DNA of 64,000 bases, from contig OX597836.1 of assembly GCA_951406725.2 (NCBI GenBank), forward strand, positions 41,602,001 to 41,666,000. Direction: 5' to 3'. This document shows, piece after piece, positions 39,518-52,418 of the stretch (position 1 is its first letter; each line of letters begins with the position of its first letter). The position numbers and the translations under genes are program-made. This DNA is from Octopus vulgaris (Eukaryota). Under the pieces are notes generated by a model. It saw only the letters and a list, made by a program, of their open reading frames with translations, was not told the DNA's origin and did not search any database.

Positions 39518-41536
39518 TTGGCCTCGATAAATCTGCAAAAGCTACCTTTATCAAAGGAAAAATGACAGAAACATCTAACGTCAACATTGACCAGCAGAAT
39601 GTCATAAAAGTACTACAAGTACCTAGGGGTAATTGAAGGGGACGGAATAAGGCATTCAGAGAGGAATGAAAGGATCAGGAGAGAATGTTATCGAAGAGTG
39701 AGAGCAATACTCAAGATAGAGCTGAATGCAAGAAACAGGATCGAAGCGATCAATGCATTAGCTATACCAGTCGTGACTTACAGTTTCAATATCGTTAACT
39801 GGTCAATTACTGAAATATGTCAGCTTGACAGAAAAATACGAAAACTGTTGACAATGCATAGAATGCACCACCCTAAGGCAGATACAGAACCACTTTATCT
39901 GCCAAGAAAAGAGGGAGGCCGTGGTCTTTTACAACTGGCAATAACAATGAAGATTGCTACAATTGGCCTAGACACCTACCTGAAAAAGTCTGATGACTGT
40001 ATGTTAAAATTTGTCTCAAAACATGAAAACAAGAAAGCATCATACTCAGTAACAAAACAGGCAAAGGAATATCTAAGTGAATTCCGAATACAACAAATTT
40101 CGGAATTAGAGATAGTCATACAAGAAACAAGCACAGAAAAAGCTAAGCGCATGAAAACCCGTGCCAAAACTGCGGCCTTAGATATTCTGAATAATAAATG
40201 GCAAGAAAAACCTCTCTATGGCAAATACCCAAAGAGAGCGAATAATGCAGAAGTTGACAAAGCCCTGACCCATCAATGGCTAATTGCCTCTGGCTTAAAA
40301 TCTGAAACAGAAGGGTTTATCATAGCAGCTCAAGATCAATGCCTACCAACAAGAAACTACCAGGCCAACATATTAAAGAACGGCAGTAGCCTAACGTGTC
40401 GTGTATGTCGACAACAAAATGAAACCATTGATCATGTTGTCTCCAAGTGCAGTCTTCTAGCGCCTACAGAGTACCTCAACAGGCATGATAGAGCTGCAAA
40501 ATATATTCACTTGGTAATTTGCAAAAACCTGGATTTGCCCCATGAAAAAAACTGGTGGGAACACAATCCACCTCCAGTGCTTGAAAATGACCATATCTTA
40601 CTCCTCTGGAACTTCACCATTCAAACTGACAGAAAGATAGATGCAAACAGGCCAAACGTCATATTGAAAGACTTCAGACAAAGAACATGCCTCCTCATTG
40701 ATAGACTGTCCCAATCGATATAAACGTATCTGTTAAGACCTACCAAAAACTGAGCAAATATAAAGATCTTGAAATAGAAATCAGCAAAATGTGGAACCTG
40801 AAGACTAAAACAATACCTGTTGTCATAGGTGCCTTGGTAACGATAGCAAAAGGGGCTGATTGCTACCTAACTCAGATACCAGGAATCCCCAAAATGGCAG
40901 AAATTCAAAACATAGTGCTCATGGGAAATGCTCATATCCTACGCAAAATACTCTCTATGTAATCTCAAGGTTTAAAACAAACTTTTTTTAAAAAATTTAT
41001 TTATTAGATACTAGCAGTATCGCCCGGCGTTGCTCAGGTTTGTAAGGGAAATAACTATAAAGCATTTTTAGAGAGTTATAGCCAAAAAATAGCAAAAAAA
41101 TGGAAAAAAATGATGCTAAATTTTTTTTTGAGATTTAAAAAAGGTAGAGTTGCGTCCCCTAGACTGTTTGTCGTTCGTATTCCTGATTCTCGACCCCATG
41201 TCGAATTTATCGATTTTTTTCAGAACTGGGGGAACTTTTCAAAATTTTCGCTGCGTTAGTTTTGAATTATGACATTGGGCTATGTGTGTGTCAAGTTTCA
41301 TCAGAATCGGTTGAAAGCCGTGGTCAGGGTGAGGGTACAAGCAAACAGACACACAGAAACACGCACAGACAAACTGCCGTTTATATAGAGAGAGATTCAC
41401 TAGTACAACCCCCCCCCCCCAAATATAAGGAACACTAGGCATAACAACAACGTGAACTTCCAACCTGTTGTCTCTTGAGGTCTCTGGGTGAGACTTGGAG
41501 CCAACTTGTACAAACATAAAGCAAAAGTCAAACATA

Positions 41537-41538
<2 letters not shown>
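39518..41538 (+). mobile_element. Second R4/Dong-type LINE family, 5'-truncated and frameshifted
   Basis: ORF 39698-40723 is paralogous to the previous element and continues to a stop at ~40962. (AAT)n flanks. Confidence 0.9.
41011..41395 (-). mobile_element. Non-autonomous Helitron in the LINE 3'UTR
   Basis: TC..hairpin..CTAG termini at an AT site. Confidence 0.75.
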
Positions 41539-41604
<66 letters not shown>

Positions 41605-41607
<3 letters not shown>

Positions 41608-41746
41608 AAAAAAATGAACGAACTATTGAGTTTGGTTTAATGGCCTACAAATGTATACTATGAGTTTCTTTGCCCTAGGAGTCGGGAAGACACTCGGCAA
41701 GAAATGGAAGCAAATTTGAAAGAAGAAAAAAAAAGTAATAATAATA

Positions 41747-41789
<43 letters not shown>

Positions 41790-41909
41790 TGAACGAACTA
41801 TTGAGTTTGGTTTAATGGCCTACCAATGTATACTATGAGTTTCTTTGCCCTAGGAGTCGGGAAGACACTCGGCAAGAAATGGAAGCAAATTTGAAAGAAG
41901 AAAAAAAAA
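41605..41909 (+). mobile_element. Two ~130-bp copies of the R4/Dong 3' terminus
   Basis: 41605-41734 and 41779-41909 match 39330-39460 and are separated by (AAT)n. Confidence 0.9.
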
Positions 41910-41952
<43 letters not shown>

Positions 41953-41975
41953 GAAGAAGAAGAAGAAGAAGAAGA

Positions 41976-42210
41976 ATGGCCTCTCCCGTTGTTAGACGAC
42001 GTATGATTTGTTTATGGTGATCAAATGTTTTGTGTAGAGTAAAGCTCACTCTCTCCATGAAATCGACATTACCTGTACAGGTGCAACTGGGTGCCATATG
42101 CCAGATGCCGAAATGATCGCAGAGCAACGCGAAATGAAGTGCAATACCCGGTCTGGGAATCCAACCCACGATCTCACAATGGTGAGTGCAACACCCTAAC
42201 CACTAAGCCA
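41976..42210 (-). mobile_element. tRNA-derived SINE with (TTC) tail
   Basis: TGGCTTAGTGG A-box and GTTGGATTCCC B-box on the minus strand. Confidence 0.7.
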
Positions 42211-42289
42211 ATATGCAAGAACGCGCGCGCGCGCGTGTCTATCTGTCTGAATGTATGTAAGTATGTATGTATGTATGTATGCATGTATG

Positions 42290-42321
<32 letters not shown>

Positions 42322-42894
42322 TGTATATATAAATATATATATATATATGTATATATGCATACACACACACACACATATATATATATGTATGTATGTGTGT
42401 ATGTATAGAAATTCCTGGATATTGTTGTGTCTCAAGAACCTCGGAAGCGATATGTCATAACAACGAAGATTTACGAGTTCCGAATGGGTGTGTCTGATAT
42501 CACGAGCGTCTTACCATTGGCTTGCCTGTCTGGCTGTATGTCAGCCTGCCTGCCTGCCTGTTTGCTTGCTTGTCTGTCTGTCTGTCTGTCTGTTTTTCTG
42601 TCCGACTGTCTGTCCGACTGTCTGCCTGTGAGTCTAATTGTCTGACAACAGACATCGGAATACAAGTCCATGTAAGTGTTCATGTGCACACACGCGCGTG
42701 CGTACACACACACTCACACACAGGCACACACTCTTACCCACACACGCGCACACACACACACACACTCGTGTATTGTGTTCTATTTCTCCTCTTGTACTAA
42801 TACTATGTATATCAATCTACCTACACACACACACACACACACAAGCAAACACATACAGATTGAGGCGCATGAGTGGCTGTGTGGTAAGTAGCTT

Positions 42895-45410
42895 TCTCAC
42901 CAAGCGGACGTGTTTTTTTTTTGCTCCTGCAAATGTCACGTTTTAACGTGAATTATTGAACATTTTACGACAACGGGTAGAGCGTTCGAATATTGTTGGA
43001 AGCCTAGTGAGGTTTATTGCCTGCCGTTAATACTTTTTAACGTTAACAACGTTATTTAGCATTAATAATTTTTTGCGGCTAATAGACTTCACTTTGCTTC
43101 GGATATATTTTTTCTGCCCGTTGTTGTATTTAGTGTCTCACTTTTTAATGAGAATTGTGTTTTTTGTGGAGGCGTAGCCCCTCCGCAAAAATATTTTTGA
43201 TTCATTGGAGTACCAATTTCACTTTTGGATTACCACACGTGAATTATTGAACTGTTTGGCAACAGCAGATAGGACTTTTTGAATATTTTTAGAGGCCTAG
43301 CGAGGTTTATTGCCTGCCATTAATACTTTTTAACGGCAACGTTAATTAGCGTTAATAATTTTTTGCGGGTAATAGACTTCGCTTTGCTTCAGATATATTT
43401 TTCTGCCTGTTGTATTAAAGTCTCACGTTTTAGTGAGAAGTGTGTTTTTTGAAGAGGCGTAGCCCCTCCTCAGAAATATTTTTGATTCATTGGAGTACCA
43501 ATTTCGCTTTTGGATTACCACACGTGGAATATCGCACCTTTGGATTACCAGGAGGCACCAAGGACATTCGTGGACTGTTTTCACAAGCACCAGAATTACC
43601 AAGGATTGCCGTGACGTTTGGCCTGGACTACCTTTTCGGCCAAAAAAAAAAAAAATTCCTTGCCACATTTGAACTTCTTCCTCTAGCTATCCTTTATTTG
43701 AACTCCGAACTGTTTTTATTGTAACTCTCGTTTCCATTTTATTTTCTCTTTCTACTTTCTATCACTTTTGTGTTTTCCCTATTCGAACTCTATTTATATT
43801 TTTTGTTAAAAATGGCAAAGGAACTGATTGTTTGGGAGCTTCCAGCTCCCAAAAAATATGTCAAACAGCTCGAGGATAAGACCGTGGTACTGAGGACTTA
43901 TTCAAGGTCGCTCAACGCTATCATGGTTTTTCCAAAGGCGAAAATTATTGAAGAGCTGGCAGACCACATGCCAGCCGTGAAATATATCACACGGGGAGCC
44001 AAATACGCAACCGTTTGGTTGCTGTTTGACTCCCCAAAAGATGCTTGCGATTTTGCAAGCAAGCCCATTGATGGCAAAGAAATCTTGTTTCTCCCCAGTT
44101 ACAAGGGAGAAAAATTGACAAGACTATGGGTCTGCGGCCTGCCACCCGGCATTGAACCCGAGTGGATAGAAGACTCTATCCGCCGGGGTCTGGGTGACAG
44201 GGACGCAAAAATCCTAAATGTCAATATACAGCCTGCGGCTGATTGGGAGGGGTCTAAGGCAACCTTAACCCTATGAACCCAGTCAGCCAAGAGTTTGGTT
44301 TTACCGGACTTTTTGAGAATGGCCGGGTCCAAGTATCCGGTGATGCTTGAGGGACGCCCCCCCCCAAGTGTCACCTGTGTTTGGAACCGGCCACATCAAG
44401 AAGAGCTGCCCCAGGGACCAGAGTAGGATCCTGGAGCGGCTGATATTGGAGCCTCTCCCTGCCTCTTCAATGGAGGGAGAGAAGCAAAGTGAGGAGGGGG
44501 AAAAATCCTCCTCCAAAAGAAAGAGAAAGGTGGGGAGCAATGGCGACCCACCAAAGGACCTGAAAGCTGCGGGAGAGGAGAACCCGGTGCGCACAGCTCC
44601 GGAACCTCAGCTTCCCGTGGACCAGGGCCAGAAGAAAAAGAAAAAAAAGAGAAACGGAGCGCCGTTGGCGGATTGCTACACGCAGACGGCGGTTCCCGAG
44701 TATCCCGGGTCCTCTCAGGCGGGTGTGCCGCCTGAGGGACAATTCGTGGAAGATTTTGTGCTCCTCTTTTTTAAAGGAAAAAAGGTGGAAAGCACCGTAA
44801 GAAAAGTGAGAAAGAGAGGACGCTGGGAGGCACTCCGGTCCTGTACGGAGAACCCCGAGTGGCCTTCGCAGTTGGCTGCGGAGGTCGTGGGAAGGGTTGA
44901 TCTACACAGGATCGTGGGTTCCTTCCCAGCGGACTCCTTCGAGATTATACCTCTGGACACCGACCTGACCAGCGAGTATTGCCTCGATGAGGCAAGAGCG
45001 ATGGTCGGCCGGGTCACATAGGCTGTGTAACATTTGGTAACACGTGAAAGAGGAGGTTTATTGCCTCCTCTAAAATTTGTAAAATTTGTAATTGAATGTT
45101 GATTTAAACATTTTTGTAACAGGTTGAAGAGGAGGTTTATTGCCTCCTCTAAAATTTGTAAATCGAATATTATGTGAACATTTTTGTAATATTTTGAAGA
45201 TGAGGTTTATTGCCTCCTCTAAAATTTGTAAACTGAAAATCATTGTATTAAATGTAATTATTGAACATTGTTTTAGAGAAGCGAGAGTCGGCGGGCGCTT
45301 TTTGACTTCTCCCATCACCATCTTCATCCACCACCACCATCATCCATTAATGTCTTTGTCCAGCCCGTAGCTACTCTGTGTGCTGCCCTAGTGGCAAAAT
45401 TGCTGAAATA
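42895..45410 (+). mobile_element. ORF1-only HAL1-like element inserted in a SINE
   Basis: TSD AAGTAGCTT at 42886-42894 and 45411-45419. The SINE halves join across it. It has a ~290-bp tandem 5'UTR and AATAAA at the end. Confidence 0.8.
43812..45021 (+). pseudogene. Tx1/L1-type ORF1 (gag-like) with zinc knuckle
   Basis: LWVCGLPPGI..W and EGRPP motifs. After frameshift correction, CHLCFGTGHIKKSC (CX2CX4HX4C). Basic KRK tracts. Stop at 44274. Confidence 0.75.
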
Positions 45411-47279
45411 AAGTAGCTTGCTAACCAACCACATAGTTCCGGGTTCAGTCCCAGTGCATGGCATCTTGGGCAAGTGTCTTCTGCTATAGCCCCGGGCCGA
45501 CCAATGCCTTGTGAGTGGATTTGGTAGACGGAAACTGAAAGAAGCCTGTCGTATATATGTATATATATATGTATGTGTGTGTGTGTTTACGTGTCTGTGT
45601 TTGTCCCCCTAGCATTGCTTGACAACCGATGCTGGTGTGTTTATGTCCCCGTCACTTAGCGGTTCGGCAAAAAAAAGAGGCCGATAGAATAAGTACTGGG
45701 CTTACAAAAAATAAGTCCCGGGGTCGAGTTGCTCGACTAAAGGCGGTGCTCCAGCATGGCCGCAGTCAAATGACTGAAACAAGTAAAAGAGTAAAGAGTA
45801 TAGAAAGATAAATACACGAAACGTCATAACTTCTAAAGTCTATAGAAAATACGTAGAGATAAATTTAAACATGAAGACATCGCACTGCTAACATATAGGA
45901 AGGCATAATATTGACTCGTAAGCCTTTAATATGCTCGATAGTATCTCACGGTTACAAAACAGAATACCGTGTCCTTGATAGCAATTAATATTTATGTACC
46001 AGTTGCCACGAATGTGTTTAATATTTAAATTGATCTATCCAACAGTGTTACACCGTGAGTATTTAAGCAAAGTTGTCTTGGATAGGTGATGCGCTCGATA
46101 GGTGATGTGGTACTGATGAAAGTGCAATAACTTTAGAAATATGCATATACACTCATTACCTTAATTTTCTATCTTCGATCACATTCTTTACATAAATGTA
46201 TCTTTCAGTTCTGACTCTCAGTTCTATAGAAAAACAGTAGAGATAAACTTTTAAATGAATCTGTCTGTTTATTGGTCTAATTCCATCTCTGTGTTTACAG
46301 TTATCTATCAGTTTATTAATCTGTCTATCTAGCTATACACTGACGCATATACATATGGAAGCACTCCGTCGGTTACGACGATGAGGGTTCCGGTTGATCC
46401 GAATCAACGGAACAGCCTGCTCGTGAAATTAACGTGTAAGTGGCTGAGCACTCCACAGACACGTGCACCCTTAACGTAGTTCTCAGGGATATTCAGAGTG
46501 ACAAGGCCGGCATAACAGGCACAACAGAAACAGGAAGTAAGAGTGGAGTGAGAGAAAGTTGAGGCGAAAGAGTACAACAGGGGTCGCCACCACCCCCTGC
46601 CGGAGCCTCGTGGAGCTTTATGTGTTTTCGCTCAATAAACACACAACGCCCGGTCTGGGAATCGAAACCGCGATCCTCCGACCGCGAGTCCGCTGCCCTA
46701 ACCACTGGGCCATTGCGCCTCCACGCATATACATATACTCCATATATATATATATTTGGATATGGATGCGTGGCGTTCAATCAAATAATAATATGAATAA
46801 TATATATATGTATATATAGTTGAAATTTACAGAAAAACAAAAGACGAAAACAGGTGTATAAACAACAAACAGGTGTATTAGTTTAACACTCGGGAAGGTG
46901 AGAAGATCTTTTACGTTTCGAACCTACGCTCTTCAACAAAAAGGATCACGGGGAAATAAACAGAGAGATAATATATATATATATACATATACACATACAC
47001 ACACGCCCACACACCCAAACACACACACAAACACATATATACATACATATGCGTATATGACTACAGGACGTCACCAACAGTAAACAGTAAGAGAAGTGAG
47101 AGAAGCAAATGGAAAACAGGACAAGTAACACAAGAACGACCCTTCATCAGTTGTCGGCTGTCTATCTGCTCCACATTTCGAGCATTGAACGACAATATGA
47201 GTCTTCAAAGACAGTTGTACCCTTATTTGCATATGTATATATATATATATATGCAAGTATATATGTACATATATACACT

Positions 47280-47322
<43 letters not shown>

Positions 47323-47857
47323 GTGTGTGTGTATATGTATGTATGTTTACACACATATATCTTTAACTAGCTTGAAAAGTGCCAGCGCACGACACTCTCG
47401 CCCCTTGAGTCACTTTTGCTTCTGCTAAATATTAGTAAAAAACAATATACACATCTTTTGTGTTCCATTTTTCCTGTTTGCATCACCAAATACATACGCA
47501 CACGCGCGTACACACAGAGACAAGTACGTTCGATACATATATATATATATTTATATATATATATATATAACGGGAAGGTTTACGAAAATAAACAAAAGAC
47601 GAAGGCAGGCGGAGTACAAACAAACAAATGTATTAGTATGGCGCTCAGGAATAGAAATAGAACAAGTCTTTTACGTTTCGAGCCTACGCTCTTCGACAGA
47701 AAGATTCACAGAAAAAAACAAGGAGAGAAACAATATATATATTTTATCAATGACCAGCATATTAAAAAAATACAATTAAAAGTTAAATTTAGTCTATTAA
47801 GTCCATAATTCGGCATATTTGGCATTGGAACTTTTTCTTTTGCCCTTGTTTATAAGT

Positions 47858-47921
<64 letters not shown>

Positions 47922-47989
47922 GCTCGTGGCTTAGTGTTTGCTTCTTCCATGGGTATGAGTAAGTATTTCATTTATTCCTTTGCCGCATT

Positions 47990-48043
47990 TATCACTGATG
48001 AAGAGAAGGTTCTTACGAACTAACTCTGAAATCGGGTCCGATA
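47990..48043 (+). ncRNA. Degenerate type I HHR
   Basis: TATCA-CTGATGA-AGAGaagGTTCttacGAACtaaCTCT-GAAA-TCGG-GTC-CGATA. Confidence 0.6.
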
Positions 48044-48189
48044 TGGTAATAACGGAATTTTTTTTAGAAATTTCTGTCGGTTTTCTTCGAAATACGTGCT
48101 TATAGTGATAAATTATATGGTTATTGACGATTAAGTCTATTTCGGCATATTTGGCATTAAAAATTTTTCCTTTTGCCCTTGTTTATAAG

Positions 48190-48229
<40 letters not shown>

Positions 48230-48324
48230 TGATGCAAACAGGAAAAATAGAACTGAAAGTGTGAGTACATGTATATTTTTATATGTATATTTAAATATAT
48301 ATATATATATACACACACATACGC

Positions 48325-48368
<44 letters not shown>

Positions 48369-49695
48369 ACACACTCGCACACACACAGACGTACACCTCT
48401 GCGCCTTTCCTATGTTCCTTCCCTCTCTTCTGGAATTTTTCTTACATTCTCATGCCTTGTCTTTCACGATATTTCTTTCATCTAAATTCTTCCGGCAACA
48501 TTTTTGCCGTTCCATTCGGAGAAGCCAGCCACCCAGCCGCCCGGGCTAACAAGCCCTTACAACTTTTGCACGGTAACCCTTTAACAAACCCGTCTCTGAT
48601 CCTTATCTCTCTCACAGCACTATTTACTTATTTTCCACTTAAGGCGTAAATTGGAAGCCGGTGATAATTATCAAGTTCTTGATAATTGAAAGGGTAAGGA
48701 ATGGAAAAAAATTGTGTCTGTGTATATATGTATGTATGTGTATATATGTATGTATTTATATATGTATGTATGTGTATATATATATGTATTTATATATGTA
48801 TGTTTGTGTATATATGTATGTATTTATATATGTATGTATGTGTATATATGTATGTATTTATATATGTATGTATGTGTATATATATATGTATTTATATATG
48901 TATGTATGTGTATATATGTATGTATTTATATATGTGTGTATGTGTATATATGTATGTATTTCTATATGTATGTCTGAATGCGCATATGTATGTACTCTTC
49001 TTTTTCTGTTTTTTTACTCTTTTACTCTTTTACTTGTTTCAGTCATTTGACTGCGGCCATGCTGGAGCACCGCCTTTAGTCGAGGAGATCGACCCCCGGG
49101 ACTTATTCTTTGTAAGCCCAGTACTTATTCTATCGGTCTCTTATGCCGAACCGCTAAGTGACGGGGACGTAAACACACCAGCATCGGTTGTCAAGCAATG
49201 CCAGGGGGACAAACACAGACACACAAACACACACACACACACATACATACATATATATACATATATACGACAGGCTTCTTTCAGTTTCCGTCTACCAAAT
49301 CCACTCATAAGGCATTGGTCGGCCCGGGGCTATAGCAGAAGACACTTGCCCAAGATGCCACGCAGTGGGACTGGACCCGGAACCATGTGGTTGGTAAGCA
49401 AGCTACTTACCACACAGCCACTCCTGCGCCTATGTATGTCATTATTCATTTTTATTTCAAGATTTCTTGCCGATAGAGAAAAGTTCGTTTTTAACCTGGA
49501 TCTAAGGCTTCTTCATTGGACTCTCAACAACAAGGCGTCGGTGTGGCTGTGTGGTAAGGAGCTTGCTTACCAACCACATGGTTCCGGGTTCAGTCCCACT
49601 GCGTGGCACCTTGGGCAATTGTCTTCTACTATAGCCTTGGGCCGACCAAAGCCTTGTGATTAGATTTGGTAGACGGAAACTGAAAGAAGCCCATC

Positions 49696-49732
<37 letters not shown>

Positions 49733-49789
49733 TAAAAACGGTAAGCTAACAAAAGAAAGAAAGAGACCTCAATATTATGTAAATAGAGG

Positions 49790-49998
49790 AAATTTATCTG
49801 TAAAATAATATGTGACAATTACTCAATAGTCAAGATAAAACTCTGAGTAATTTCCCTTTGTATAACGGTATTTTTTCATAGCGTTTTTCAGATGGCCAGA
49901 TAACCGAAGAGATGGTGTTGTGGATTTCCACTTCGGCATCTGAAACTCAGAGTTTTATCTTGACTATTGAGTAATTGTAACATATTATTTTACAGATA
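49790..49998. mobile_element. Palindromic mini-element with HHR, inside the (TA)n of a SINE
   Basis: Arms at 49790-49848 and 49945-49998. AGATAA-CCGAAGA-GATG..CATC-T-GAAAC-TCAGA-GTT-TTATCT at 49898-49960. Confidence 0.65.
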
Positions 49999-50066
<68 letters not shown>

Positions 50067-50503
50067 GTGTGTGTTTGTGTGTGTGTGTTTGTCCCCCGGC
50101 ATCGCTTGACAACCGATGCTGGTGTGTTTACGTCCCCGTAACTTAGCAGTTCGGCAAAAAGAGACCGATAGAATAAGTACAAGGCGTACAAAGAATAAGT
50201 CCTGGGGTCGATTTGTTCGACTAAAGGCGGTGCTCCAGCATGGCCACAGTCAAATGACTGAAACAAGTAAAAGACTAAGAATAACATCAACAGGGTATTT
50301 GTGCAAGTATGTGTGTATAAGGGTAGAAGTGTTTATTCTCTCTCCTTGTTTCTTTCTGTGTTCCTTTCTGTAGAAGAGCGTCGGCTCGAAACGTTAAAGA
50401 CTTATTCACTTCCCGAGCGTTAAACTTATTCATCTATTTGTTGTCTACACCACCTGTCTTCGTCTTTTGTTTTTTCGTGAATTCATCCCCTGTATAAGTG
50501 TAG

Positions 50504-50812
50504 TGTGGAGGCGCAGTGGCCCAGCGGTTAAGGCAGCTAACTCGCGGTCGGAGGATCGCGGTTTCGATTCCCAGACCGGGCGTTGTATGTGTTCATTGAG
50601 CGAAAACACCTAAGCTACTACAACGCTCCGGCAGAGTGTTGTGGCGACCGCTGTTGTACTCTTTCGCCCCAACTTTCTCTCACTCTTTCTTCCTGTTTCT
50701 TGGTTAACGCTGCGATGGACTGGCGTCCTGTCCAGCTGGGGGGCACATATGCCACAGAAACCGGGAAACCGGGCCCATGAGCCTGGCCAGGCTTTAAAAG
50801 GGCGCATAAAAA
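50504..50812 (+). mobile_element. SINE head with V-domain-like body
   Basis: CTGCGATGGACTGGCGTCCTGTCCAG motif and A-tail. A similar tail occurs at 61235-61470 (-). Confidence 0.7.
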
Positions 50813-51194
50813 ATTAGTGTAGTATTTGGAGTCAGTGTATGTATGTATGTATGTATGTATGTATGTATGTATGTATGTATGTCATTATTGAGTTTTATTT
50901 CAAAATTTCCTGCCAATAGCGAAAGAGCTGGTTTCTAGCCTAGACCCAAAGCTCCTCCATTGGAATTTCAACAAAATCAACAGGGCATTTGTGCATCTAT
51001 GCGTGTATATCTGCAGTATTTGGAGTCAGTGCATGTGCAGACATGCATGATTTGTTTTATGCATGTATTTTCATGCACATTGTTCCATGTCTAGACATAC
51101 GCATATTTACTTGAGAGATTATATCCTGGTAAGGTTTACAAATTTTTGCAATTCCAGTGATGGTTTTGCTCTGAAGTCTTCGAATTGACTTTCT

Positions 51195-51315
51195 TCATGT
51201 ATGTATGTATGTATGTATGTATGCATGTATGTATGTATGCATGTATGTATGTATGTATGTATGTATGCATGCATGTTTGTATGTATGTATGTATGTATGT
51301 ATGTATGTATGTATG

Positions 51316-51349
<34 letters not shown>

Positions 51350-51746
51350 TGTATGTATGCATGCATGCATGTATGTATGTATGTATGTATGTATGTATGT
51401 ATGCATGCATGTATGTATGTATATATGTATGTATGTATGTATGTATGTGTGTGTATGTATGTATGTATGTATGTATGTATGTATGTTTGTATGTATGTAT
51501 GTATGTATGTATGTATGTTTGTATGTATGTATGTATGTATGTTTGTATGTATGTATATATGTATGTTTGTATGTATGTATGTACGTGTGTATGTATGTTT
51601 GTATGTGTGTATGTATGTTTGTATGTATGTATGTATGTTTGTATGTATGTATGTTTGTGTGACTGTTGCGTGTGTACGTTTGCATGTATGTATATGTGTG
51701 TGTGTGTATGTGAGCGTGTCTATATATGTATGTATGTATGTATGTG

Positions 51747-51778
<32 letters not shown>

Positions 51779-51865
51779 TGTGTGTGTGAGTGTTGCGTGT
51801 GTACGAATGCATGTATGTATATGTGTGTGTATGTGTGTATGTAAGTGTGTCTATGTATGTAAGTA
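51195..51865. repeat. (ATGT)n tract
   Basis: Directly visible. Confidence 0.95.
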
Positions 51866-51870
51866 TGTCA

Positions 51871-52418
51871 GGTCACTTTTGAGTGCTACTGGTAACATGT
51901 AACCCAGTACAACCTGTTGCATGGTCGGGTCGTCGGCGACTAAACCGGCAACCCCACCAAGCTTGTTTGGTGAGGAGGGTGTTTATTGGACACCCTGCGG
52001 GATGAAAAACAAAACCCGTCAAAGGGCGGAGGAACTCTTGAGAGTCAACGGCCATCCAATAGATGTCTTAAGGCTGTATCATGCGCGGGGACATAAAAAT
52101 AATCAGACTGAATACCCGATCGCGCGGTTAAACCATTGGGAGTGAAGGACTCCTAGCCTTTGTTAGGGCATCCTTCTAGGAGAAGGTAACTCAGGTAACT
52201 AGGATAACTCCGACATAAAACCTGCGGCTCAGTGGTTACCGATGATGTTGACTTGTTCTTCTTTTCGGATTATGGCTGCTGTTGCTTAGTGAGTGGGATT
52301 GACTCAGTGCACAGCCTTTCCTCACTTTAAAAAAATCTTCTTGCACAGGCATTGCACGATAACAACATTGATTAAGCTTCGTGCAATGGCCATACTCGAT
52401 AACGAGGGGGTAGCCACT
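51871..52418 (+). mobile_element. Non-coding element related to the RTE 5'UTR
   Basis: Shares two motif blocks with 29288-29375 (-). Confidence 0.55.
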
